NCBI GenBank assembly: GCA_963693365.1 | Contig: CAVNZM010000002.1 | Coordinates: 1,550,001-1,614,000 of the forward strand | Reading direction: 5' to 3' | Length of the DNA stretch: 64,000 bases | Source of the DNA: Amoebidium appalachense | Lineage: Eukaryota; Protista; Ichthyosporea | Shown: positions 50,900 through 64,000 of the stretch, piece by piece | Layout: each line of letters starts with the position of its first letter | How positions within the stretch are numbered: position 1 is the first letter of the stretch | Notes under the pieces: model-generated | Seen by the model: only the letters and a program-made list of their open reading frames with translations | What the model was told of the DNA's origin: nothing | Database searches by the model: none | Made by a program: the position numbers and the translations under genes

Positions 50900-51644
50900 T
50901 ATGTGTGTTTGTACCTTCTGCATTGTGTCGTCCGTCGTGACTGTGTTCCCCCGGGGAGGAGGAGGGGGGGGAGGGAGAGAGGGGGGGGGGGGGGGGGGGG
51001 GGAGGGCTCTGTTAAAGCAGGGACTTCGAGCCATAGTCTGATGGTTTGTTTCTTCGTTTCTAATACTGCTGTTTTTTCTTGCTCTACCATGGTTGTTTTT
51101 ACACACACACATGCACACGGACCCATTAACCGACCCACACATAGGTGCCGGATCCACATCCGTGCCCCTCCAAGACCCCTCCAGCTACGGCCACGCCCCC
51201 TCACAGTGGGCATACCATCCGGGGGGTCCAGGCTACCCACCGGCCCCACCCGGACCAGCAGGGGAATGGCAGCAACAGGACCCAAGTTTGGTGTCCATGC
51301 GCATGCCCATGCACCCACCACACACCGGCCCACATCCAAACGGCGCCCTACCTGGCCAACCGGTGTATGGAGATCACCCCCCACCGGGCACTTATCCCTA
51401 CATGACCGGATACCAGTATGTGGGGCCGATCCAGCCCGGACAAGTACCCCCGGGGCCTTATCCGGGTATGCCGCCACATGGGGTACCACCCCACGCAGGT
51501 GCATATGTGGGCCCACCACCCCCACCCCCACCCCCACAGCAGATGCCTCAGCCGCTTCCTACAAAAGCAGAGTCACCACAAGGTGACGATGAACCGGATT
51601 TGGATGTGGGAAGTGAGGCTAAGCCAATGGAGACGGCGGCATAG
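46985..51644 (+). CDS. Putative transcription factor: atypical bZIP + Cys/His-rich domain + Pro/Gly/Tyr-rich tail, 5 exons, ~548 aa
   Basis: Exons 46985-47763, 48281-48496, 49451-49538, 50332-50395, 51145-51644 join in phase via GT-AG. Basic region RDKVRKRLAETQRRFRDRR followed by heptad L-x6-L-x6-L-x6-I. 19 Cys in the following ~130 aa. Confidence 0.8.
49638..49762 (+). mobile_element. Repeat family A copy between C-rich tracts (bZIP gene intron)
   Basis: atgacgtgggcccccctgag..gcatactcttt..gcactctgcattg..tttcaaccc, colinear with 23459-23580. Confidence 0.7.
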
Positions 51645-51992
51645 CCAATGAAAGTGCGGCGTCATGAGCCTAATATGGAAGGTACAGCTTGTATGGTTGG
51701 GATGAGTGATCTGTGCTGGTGATGGTGTGAGGTAATAGGCATGGCGAAACATTGCGGATGAAAAACGAACTGGCAAAAGTGTTTGTCGTTTCTTTACTCG
51801 AGATAGTGCCACGATTATTATGGTATTTCTTGGATAGCTGTAGGGATGGGATGTTGTTACGAATTTAACCACTAATTGGAAATCTGTTTGAATGAAGTTC
51901 ACGTGTTTCTACATTGCCCCTGCATGCACCGGCAAACTTTTGTTCCGTTGTGTGTACTAGCTGATGCAGGTGTTGGGATGGTTTTTTTTTTT

Positions 51993-52107
<115 letters not shown>

Positions 52108-52870
52108 TGTGTTTGTGTGTGTGGTGGTGGTGGTGGTGGTGGGGGGGGGGGGGGGGGGGGGGGGGGGGGGCTGTTGTAGGTCTGCAGTTACACCCCATCA
52201 TTGCGTATCACAGCTCTGATTGTATATATGGCTTGGCAACCGTAGGTGTGTTTACTTACGGTTTCCATATGTGTCCATATCAGGACTTGCAGGTACATAG
52301 TGAGATATGGCAAAAATATGGTGCTTTTTTTTTTTCTTCTTTTTTTTTTTTTTTATATTATAAAAAAAGAAGAAGAAGTTCTTGTTCCGTTTTTGAAATA
52401 GTAGGCCTAAGTGGGTTTGTTGAAAGGGTGTTTTGTCTGTGTGTAGGGGATGCAAATGGGGGGTTTGGGGGGAGGGGGGGGGGGGGTTTGTTGTAATGGT
52501 GTCGAATTCTGAACACAACAGTGACAGCTATATGGGTAGAACTATACTCGTATTTTGATATGTGGTTTGCAAATGAGCCAAGGCATGTATGCCCCAGGCA
52601 CAGCAACCACTCGGTGTCTTAGGGCTTCAAAAGCTTGAAACAAAAAACAGTGACACCGTTAGACCAACACCCATATCTCATCGTATAACGCTTCCTGGGG
52701 AGGCATGGGGGTTGGTGTTATTTCGTAGCAAACAGGAAAATATCCGAATCCCATCTAGTTCGTCCGAAAAGGTTGAGCCAACGGTTGAGCATTAACAGTC
52801 TAAGCAGTCTGCCACGTTGGGCAAAAAATACCTGAAATTGTGCAGTGCTGCAGGGCATTTCAGCCCTCCC

Positions 52871-52901
<31 letters not shown>

Positions 52902-52958
52902 ACATGTACATATAAATACACTCACGTACATACACACACACACACACACACACACAAT

Positions 52959-53006
<48 letters not shown>

Positions 53007-53193
53007 GCATACACAGGTACCGGTACAGTATCACTAAGTCTTACAGCCCCCCCCCCCCCCCCCCCCTCCCTCCCTCCCGCCCCACGACCGTCCAACATAA
53101 AACACACGAACACTGTGACATGTCAAACAGATAGGCAGGAGAAAGCCTTGGATCGAACTCCGATGATACGATCTGACACACACATATACATAC

Positions 53194-53304
<111 letters not shown>

Positions 53305-53313
53305 GTATACACG

Positions 53314-53520
<207 letters not shown>

Positions 53521-53958
53521 GCATGTGCACGCACGCACATACACGTACACATGCACACACAGCGCCCGCAACATCCACGCACACCATGATGGCTAACACA
53601 TCAGTTGAAGTATTGTGTTTGCCACATAATATTAATAGTTCTGCCTTTTGCACATATGTTACTCAGTTTATGCGAAAAAAATTCGCAGTTTTGGAGAATA
53701 ATTCTGCGGAGATGGATTCTGGCAAGCGCAGACCTGTTATAAATGAAGAAAATTCAAGCTGCTCTCGGGTGCAGGAAGTTTAAGCAGTGCGGTCACTGTA
53801 ATACTCTGCTCCAAGCAGAATAATACACTTTTGCAAGTTCTACTTCTATGTACTGAATAATTCTGCTAAAAGGTTGTATCGTTCGGTTCTCGCATTAATA
53901 ATATTACTATATTAATTCTACCAAGTCTTGCTGCTGGCTCAGTCCATTCTCCTGCAGA

Positions 53959-54215
53959 AGGGCCCAACCACATCGGCCGAGTCAACTTGCTTCGAGCAGA
54001 ATTATTCTGCAAAAGGAAGATTTATGCTGCAAAAAACAGGATTAATCTGCAAAATGCAAAATTATTCTGCCAAAAGCAGAATTTTCTGGAAAAAGCAGAA
54101 ATATGCTAAAAGCCGAATTATTCAGCTAAAAGCAGAATTATTATGCTTACGCAGGGTTATTCTGCTTTCGACCTAATAATATCGTGCTTTTTGCAGAATA
54201 ATTCTGCTTTTTGAA
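53959..54215. mobile_element. Truncated second copy of the foldback element (left TIR and internal repeats only)
   Basis: agggcccaaccacatcggccgagtcaacttgc followed by gcagaattattctgc units; no right TIR seen. Confidence 0.85.
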
Positions 54216-54446
54216 GAACAAACAATCTACACTCGCATACACACCCAACTTGTGACACAGCACACACGCACACACTGCACGCTGCATGTGAGACACCCAA
54301 ACAAATACATGCGGGCACCCACATATACATTCGTTGTCAACACATGGGGCACACAAACACACAACCATACGTAAGCCAGTTCTACACATACGAGCTCCTG
54401 GACCATGATGCACACACACACACACCGTACACATGCGCGCACCCGC

Positions 54447-54510
<64 letters not shown>

Positions 54511-54773
54511 ACACGTACATTCGCTGGTGATGAAAGGCATATCAACTACCAATCCTCTTTATTGCTTAGATTTTTCAGTTGTACATGTTAACATATTATA
54601 TATACACCGCTGGCATGATATCATAAATATATATTAAAAGTTCGAGAGGTTATCTAAGAAAACTTGCATACAGCAGTTGCTTAAAATTTTTGAATCATTA
54701 CAGAAATGGCACAAAATTAGGTCTTCAAGTGCGTACATATTTCGTAAGGCCAACGTTGCGGCTCCATATTAGT

Positions 54774-55874
54774 TCAATTAAACCCAGTAGCCGGAAAACA
54801 CGTGCGGGCAAGTTCTGGGGTGAAGTGGTCAGGCATGGCACGTTCACAACGCCCATACAGCCCCTCTGGCATATCATACACCGTGCCCTGAACGAGTGGG
54901 TTACTCCCCGCACACATGTATGCCGCGCCGGGAGCACCCAGTAATGTGGGCCACACACCACCAGTCTTGCCGTCGGCTGGCACGAGGTTGCTGCAGTTTC
55001 CTTTGTTGCTGTCACACGACGAATCAATAACAAGGTTGTAGTCTTTGTACATGCCCATATTGTTGCGCACATCACCGAGCTCTTTTTGCTCCGTGGCGTT
55101 CAGTGCAAACACCATCTCGCTGATGTAGTTTGCATGGGTCACAACGGCAATGGTGATCGGCTCGCCTGCAGCAACCTTAGCCGCCACTTCCCCGGGTGGC
55201 TGGGTGCTGAGTGTTTGCGCAAGCCACGAGAGGAATGTGTCCCAGGTGCCTGCAAAGCACCGAGGCTGGCCTGTGGTATTTGCCTCCGGCCCAGTGCAGC
55301 TGATGTTTGTCCACTCGTCAACGTAAGTGAAGTTGAAACGGTTTAGGTCGACAGTGCCGTTTGAAGCCGCATTTATGGTGGCTAGCTGGTCTGTTGGTGA
55401 CATGGGGATGTTGTATGGTTCCTGCTTCAGGCGGATGGTTTCATTTGTTCGCCCGCCCATAGTGTAAGAAGACTCAAGTATATAGGGTGCTTGGTACACT
55501 GTATGATTAGGAAACATGTGGTAAGATGTCTCTGTGCAGCGGAGTGCTGAAGATGCAAAAACGACATCGGGCCTTTGGGTCACTTCTTTCGCCCATGCGC
55601 GATGCATCCAACTTGAGGTGGACTGCGAAGTATTAACACCATAGTCGGCGAGAAGAGGATCGCCAACCATAGCCCCCCAGCAGAGGCCTGAATCACGTGC
55701 GGATACGTCCATACACTCGTAAAGGTTCCAATAGAAACATGACATGCCGTGACGGAATATTTGAATGTTCACTTTCAGGTTTTTCAGGGTGTTGAGATTT
55801 GCTTGTTGGGAAGGAATGGCGGCGCCTGAGATAAGCCCGGCAGCGGCCACAAGAGGAAAGGCGTAAGACAGCAT
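54774..55874 (-). CDS. Secreted histidine phosphatase superfamily protein (phosphoglycerate-mutase-like fold), intronless, 366 aa
   Basis: Hydrophobic N-terminal signal-like peptide; IFRHG catalytic motif; VFASSALRCTET (SPLxRxxxT-like); IAVVTHANYI (second His); several NxS/T sequons and Cys residues. Confidence 0.82.
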   Translation of the reverse strand: MLSYAFPLVAAAGLISGAAIPSQQANLNTLKNLKVNIQIFRHGMSCFYWNLYECMDVSARDSGLCWGAMVGDPLLADYGVNTSQSTSSWMHRAWAKEVTQRPDVVFASSALRCTETSYHMFPNHTVYQAPYILESSYTMGGRTNETIRLKQEPYNIPMSPTDQLATINAASNGTVDLNRFNFTYVDEWTNISCTGPEANTTGQPRCFAGTWDTFLSWLAQTLSTQPPGEVAAKVAAGEPITIAVVTHANYISEMVFALNATEQKELGDVRNNMGMYKDYNLVIDSSCDSNKGNCSNLVPADGKTGGVWPTLLGAPGAAYMCAGSNPLVQGTVYDMPEGLYGRCERAMPDHFTPELARTCFPATGFN

Positions 55875-56020
55875 TTTGGTAAATAAAGTAGAAATTTTGA
55901 AAGTAATTCAGCGATTGTAGGTTATCAGGTCGGTGCCGGACAACACACCCAAAAAAGCGCAAAACTAAGTTGTAATCCGCAACTGAAGACTGACTGAACG
56001 GTCCAGTGGAGGCTGCGCAG

Positions 56021-56105
56021 TTTTTATACTTGATTGCAGCATTCTGATTCGTGGACTGGTTCCTGTCTTTCCTATTGGCTCGTGTGTTTGAGCTGTTTGA
56101 TTGGC
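56021..56105 (-). promoter_or_regulatory. Candidate TATA and CCAAT boxes upstream of the histidine phosphatase gene
   Basis: TATAAAAA on the minus strand at 56021-56028, ~150 bp upstream of the ATG; CCAAT (attgg on +) near 56074 and 56100. Confidence 0.4.
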
Positions 56106-56711
56106 CCTGCTTTCCCGCAGATCTTGATGAGAGCAAAAGACTACTGAACGTGAATAAGCTAATCTTTCCATTGCATTATAGTGTCTCCTAAAAACCACCA
56201 AATGACTGTTCACTTTCACATACGGTAGTTATTAGAAGGGTTTGCTTACCCGATAGGGCAGTGGCCTAGTCCCGCAGCCCCGTTGTTTTGTAGCCATCTG
56301 GATCAACCTACACCGCTACCTGATTGGTCAATGTTTAAAAACATAAAAAGATTCACAACATTCCAAAAGCTGTTCGGGCTGCCAATCGGATTCGACCAAC
56401 TTCCAAGCAAGAAGGAGTCCGGATCCGGCAACGGCAACTTCGAGTTGGAGTACACAGTCCCCTCCTTCGGTTTCTTCAGACGGGTTCCATAGACTGACGA
56501 GGACTTCCTTCACCCAAGGCTTTGCTGTTTCCAATTCACACTTAACCCCCTCGACTCATGATGACCGGTACCACCAACGCACGTGGATGATAATGGTAGC
56601 AATGTTAGCGGCCGTCCTCATGGTTTTTTGGAGCAGCACTACTGTAGTGGGCAGGTGGGTACCTGTGTGTACACCTGTGCCCACTGAACTCGGCTGGGGC
56701 CGGGGGGGAGC

Positions 56712-56751
<40 letters not shown>

Positions 56752-56872
56752 CACCAGGGGCCCCCGGATATCAGTGAAAACGACTCGATAAGAAACAGAT
56801 TGGAGACCCAGAGGGCGTAACTGAGGGGGGATGGTCTTGGGTGGGAAGGGATGGAGGGATGGATGGGGGGGA

Positions 56873-56913
<41 letters not shown>

Positions 56914-57152
56914 CTAATGTAAAGGGCACAGTGTGTAGCCGAACATTCAGTTATAACGCTTTGGGCAATGTGTGTGTAAACCTCTGCATGAGGGTCCCGG
57001 ACTCTCACATCACCGGAGGTTTAGGTGGGCCCTCCCACCCCCCCTCCACCCACCAAAAAAAGAGGAAAAAAAAAAAGAAAAGAAAAGAAACATACGCACG
57101 CACACGCACGGGAGTGCGCACACGCACGCACGCACGCACACACGCACACACA

Positions 57153-57183
<31 letters not shown>

Positions 57184-57881
57184 CAAGGTACACACAAAAG
57201 GAAAAGGCAAGGCGAATCCAACCCATGTGAGTACACACCACCAATTGCAAAAAGACCCATCCCCCCCCCCCCCCCCCCCCCGCCACCCTCTAACCCCCCT
57301 CCCCCCTCTACCCCCCCCCCCTCCCCTTCCCTTTGGCACTTCCCCCCCCCCCCCCCCCCCCCCCTTCACAAAAAAAAGAAGAAAAAAAAAAAAAACTATG
57401 ATAAACAAAATGAATAGGGAACAGGACAAACAACAAGAAGAAAGACAACAGGCAGCAGCAGAAATATGAAAGAATGAAAATAAACGAAAGAAAAAAGACA
57501 AGAACTCCAAATAAAAAGGAAGAAAAAGGATGGCGTACGAGCACGATGTCTGTTGTATGATAGGAGAACCGGCCCACACAGGCTAGGAATAATATCACTA
57601 TCCTTGCATTCATATATGGGTACCCACACCCAGGCCCCCATAGGGGCCTAATATATCTCTCATTCATGCCTCGCACTATTGACATAAACAACTTCTCCTG
57701 GGCCGCACTATATACATAAACACTGCACCAAAAATGCATCAATTTCCAAGTAAGGTCTTATTGCCCCACCAGTCACTAAATTTACACTTTCCAGCTCAAG
57801 ATCCCTCTCTAACTTTTAGAACTCTAAAAAGGCATTTTGGTTGGCTGCTATTTATCAGTAAAAATTACCAGGGACATGCAT

Positions 57882-59986
<2,105 letters not shown>

Positions 59987-60894
59987 TTTCTTGTTGTGTT
60001 CATAATTCGCATGATACCGGTCATACCAAAAAACATGTTCTTCATGAAAGGAAGATGTTATTGGGTTACAAATAGGCTGGCACAAATTGGTGTTAAAAAT
60101 TATCATTAATACCACTATCCTACTGTTATAGCACTACGCTAAAGTGTTAGCGAGGTGACTGTAAAGTGTTCACGAAGTGACTAAGTCTAACGAGAAAACA
60201 CGACGTTGACAGCTTTCAACAGCCTGTTGGGTGATGGAAAACATGGTCCACATTCGCAAGCTACGATTAGCCAATCGTTCAACAGAATATATTCTCGCCA
60301 AACCTTCCTGATAAAGAAAAGGGGGGGCTTTGATGAAATTAAGAATGACAAATCGTTTCGATATCATCTGGCTATGATCAAACAATTTGATAATTGATGA
60401 TATTCGGTTCGATTGTAAGTTGTAACCTTTGTTGGAACCTGCTGTTGCTAGCTAATCTAGCTCTAATCCTCCTATTCTTTCTTTGAGCAAGACGCCGTAG
60501 CAGTTTTCCAAGAAAAAACCTCTATAGAAAACCACTTTAGAGCCACCATTGCTGTTCTCTTATAATTCGCAGGATCGATCTGTCCTACTTAGGTCCAGGA
60601 CTGGACATACTGTAGCTATTATTGAGACGTTGAAGTAAGTTCGGCCGGAAGGTTCGAAGCATGAAGAAAGTTTGAAAGGGAGACATTCCAATGCGTCAGC
60701 CAGGCCGCGGCATGACGCAATACTTGTGTCACCGCTACCGTTTACGTATTTTGTAGTACTCCAGTGCTCGTGTCTCTGAAAAGCCATACACTCTACTCTA
60801 ACAATGCTACGCAGGTAGGCCTTACTGTGTGTAGTGGCAAATGCACACCAAATTATTAGTTCCCTTCTATTGGGAAGCAAACGTCCTCGCGGGG

Positions 60895-60995
60895 TGCGTC
60901 ACGCGGGCCGCGGGTCGGCGGTCTGTTACCGTTATTTTTTTGCAAACAAGCTAACCAATCAAAAGAGCAGTCATCTCTGGGGCTTTCTATATAAA
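60895..60995 (+). promoter_or_regulatory. Candidate core promoter of the His-rich gene
   Basis: tgcgtca (CRE-like) at 60895, CCAAT at 60955-60959, TATATAAA at 60988-60995, ~110 bp upstream of the ATG at 61103. Confidence 0.45.
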
Positions 60996-61102
60996 CTTGC
61001 ACATTCGCTAATCAAATTCAGTCGATCAGTCCCTTGTGCACCTATATCCACAGACTACAGTAGCTCCTTCACCCCTTAAGGATCCCTTAAATTTCGAACA
61101 AA

Positions 61103-61642
61103 ATGGCTTTCTATGATCCCTTTGCCCCCCGTGAGGTCGAGGTCATCCGCACCAACCCCTACACCGGCCAAACAACAATCGTCGATGAGCGCCGCGGGCC
61201 CCTTGGCAGCACAACCACAACCGTCACCCAAGTCTCCCCACCCACACCCTATCACCCTGCCCCCTATCCTCCAGCACCGGCACCCTACCCTTCCTACCCA
61301 GCCTACCCATCCACTCCGTATATGCCACCACCTGCACCCGCACCAACCCCTGTCCCCAGCAGCTACCCATACCCACCGTATCCATCACAAACCAACACCA
61401 CCGTAGTGGTTGAAAAACAGCGCAATGCTGCTCCTGCAGCTGCCGCAGTTGCAGCCGTAGCCACTGCCGCTGTGATTGCTGATGTGGAGAGACACCACCA
61501 CCACCACCACCATCACCACCATAATAGGCACGGCCCAGAGGTCGTTGTTGTGGAGCCTAGGCATGGAGTCTTTGGGCCAAGAGCGGATGTCGTGGTGGTT
61601 GACACGCACAGGCATGGCCACCATCACCATCGCAGGTGGTAG
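61103..61642 (+). CDS. Small Pro/Tyr-rich and His-rich protein of unknown function, intronless, 179 aa
   Basis: Non-microsatellite ORF with AAAATGG start context, varied wobble codons and an upstream TATA/CCAAT. Contains PYP-type repeats, an Ala-rich segment, a His10 run and a His-rich C-terminus. Confidence 0.75.
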   Translation: MAFYDPFAPREVEVIRTNPYTGQTTIVDERRGPLGSTTTTVTQVSPPTPYHPAPYPPAPAPYPSYPAYPSTPYMPPPAPAPTPVPSSYPYPPYPSQTNTTVVVEKQRNAAPAAAAVAAVATAAVIADVERHHHHHHHHHHNRHGPEVVVVEPRHGVFGPRADVVVVDTHRHGHHHHRRW

Positions 61643-62075
61643 GCTAAGTTGGTGAAATTGAAATGGTAATTTGAGATACATACGCCGGCGAGCTCATGTG
61701 GCATGATTCTTGCAGGCTCCCAGTACCATAGTCACTGTGTGATGTATCGGCTGCTTGCAAAATTTCCTGTAGTATTACATAATGTACATATTTACATAAC
61801 ATTCCTCTCCATGCATCGATATCATCATGTGGAAGCTGGCGAGATTTGCTATGACTACGTCATTAAAGGAACAAACAATTGCAATTCAAATGAGTGGGGG
61901 GGGGAAATGTTTTATCATTTGAATGGATGCACGTGTTTCTGTTTTACTCTTTGCAAATAATGTCATTGAAAGAAATCAGTCCGATATGTACACCAAGCCC
62001 TCTGCAAGCCCCAGCCCCCCACCCACCACCACCACTCACTCACTCTCTCCGACTCCCTCCCTCCCTCTCTCTCCC

Positions 62076-62149
<74 letters not shown>

Positions 62150-62430
62150 CGAGCTCCTCTATAACTAGACTCCCCCCCCCCCCCCCCCCCCCAAAAAAAG
62201 GAACTTCCTCAAGAAATCGCACACACATACTTTACACACAGACGTACACACAGCATCACAACCCCCCTCCCCCCTCCCCCCTCCCCCCCCCCCCCCCCCC
62301 CAAAAAAAGGGAGGGGGGGTATCAAACAAATCATCACGGTGTTCTACGTATACAGGCATATAGAAGATGGATAAATATTGGAAACGTGCAAACCAGGTCT
62401 TCTACCCCCCCCCCCCCCCTCCCCCTCCCC

Positions 62431-62464
<34 letters not shown>

Positions 62465-63686
62465 ACCCCGGTTCCTTCCGGCCGTATCATTACACGAAGG
62501 TATAATGTCCTACTCGAAGAGTAGCATGCATAGTGGTGCTAGCGTACCGTCAGCGACCTTGGGCCTTAAGCCTGGTGTACGTAGTGTCCGTGGGCCAGAT
62601 ACAATTCCATACAGAACAGTGCACACGTCGATCTCCCACCCAGCGAATTGTAGGCCTATACCAGCTCACACAACACACGTTGAACTTGCCCTATCCCCCC
62701 CCCCCCCCCCCCCCCCCCCTCACATCAGGTGATCGTTTTGCACGCTTTTTATGTCCACACAATTTCGTTTCCACTACTGGAACATGTCAGTAGAGTTGGT
62801 CGGTTTACGAAAACGCTGTTTATTTCATTTCCAGGCTCAGGTGTCCAACAACACCATTAAGTCAGGACGAGGCCCATCCTCGCCAGCTACTCTCTATACC
62901 TACTCCTTATATTGGTCTATTGCTGCTAGTGATGCACACCAAACAACAAAACAAAAAACATTGAAGAGGTATCCATTCAGATTATCACTTGCTATACATT
63001 ATCGGGGTTAAAATGTGCTGCAAGTGGACTGTGAAAGAAACCTTTTGTATACAAAAGTGGCAAGTTATCCTCTAGTTACCAGCACCGTACACAATAGGCA
63101 ATATTGCACTTCAGTGAGTGTCGAATTTGACATATACACTAAAAAGAACCCCCCAGAAAATGATTAGAAAGACCCCCACCCTCGTGGGGGGGGGGAACAA
63201 AACAAAAACAAAGTAAATAAAAAGGAGAATGATGAAAATTTTCATGAAAGAATAAGGCCACCAACAACTCAGGGCTCCAATTACAAAGCGGTGGAGGTTT
63301 ACGCATGATCAAACTACATACTAACTTGCCAGAATACCACCATTATTACAATTAAAAGAACAACAGAGCGAAACAAAAGATTTGCATACCAGTCACCAAA
63401 GCACTTTTGGACACCGTGCGGCATTGATGCATGTATGTATCATACACATGATTTTTAACAAATTAGCACTATCTCTCAAGTTTTAAAGAGCATCACTGGC
63501 TGGCTCTTTCCGCACCTCCCCCTCTCAGCATCCTTGCAATACCAGCACCCCATTCTCCCGCTTTGACCCCCCACTGGCCCATGCCCCAGAAGTGCGCCTC
63601 CTTGAGCTTGGGTGCATTTGCCTGCGTGGGTAGAGCTTGGTAGATGAGTAAATGCCATTTGCTTGTGTGGGCGTGTGGGCGTGTGG

Positions 63687-63759
<73 letters not shown>

Positions 63760-64000
63760 CGCGTGTATGTGGACGAGCGCGAGCATGCGTGTGTGGTCGG
63801 ATGTGTGTGCCCTGTGTACCCGAACGGGATGATTAGTAAGGGTGTGTGCGTCATGCTGATGTCTTAATGTTGTTGCACTTTTCGGCAAAAGGTGAAAGGC
63901 GGGGCGTGCACTTATTCAATGTCCATGTATTGGGACCAAGCCGGCACGTGCAAGTGGCAGCTACAGGTGGTGGTGGTGTAATGTGTGTGTGTGTGCATGT

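Noticed and set aside
63476-63961. Possible terminal exon(s) of a minus-strand gene entering from beyond the window (e.g. CHLHVPAWSQYMDIE-stop)
   Set aside because: No recognisable motif, and the frame cannot be fixed without upstream sequence.

Overview
Eukaryotic nuclear DNA, probably from a unicellular lineage that I cannot assign from this window. Introns are spliceosomal GT-AG with CTRAY-type branch points, and introns and intergenic DNA are dense in (CA)n/(GT)n microsatellites and long poly(C)/poly(G) tracts. Most entries in the supplied ORF track are microsatellite artefacts. Manual splicing gives ten genes: L2HGDH (3' end outside the window), dyskerin/CBF5 (12 exons), a plant-type FAE1/KCS 3-ketoacyl-CoA synthase, SDHAF2, a coiled-coil FYVE protein, a C2-domain protein, an atypical bZIP plus Cys/His-rich putative transcription factor, a secreted histidine-phosphatase-family protein, a cAMP-receptor-like 7TM GPCR and a small Pro/Tyr- and His-rich protein. 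The most notable non-genic signals are: (i) a Penelope-like (Naiad/Chlamys-type) RT thumb fragment inside a poly(C) tract, together with about 10 copies of a short, 5'-truncated repeat family that mostly ends in poly(C); (ii) a foldback element with 32-bp TIRs, AG...CT termini and a 6-bp target duplication; (iii) a ~140-nt hairpin with periodic TC/TC (GA/GA on the other strand) mismatches; (iv) (CA)n tracts in place of polypyrimidine tracts at 3' splice sites. All family assignments are by motif recognition; no database search was run.
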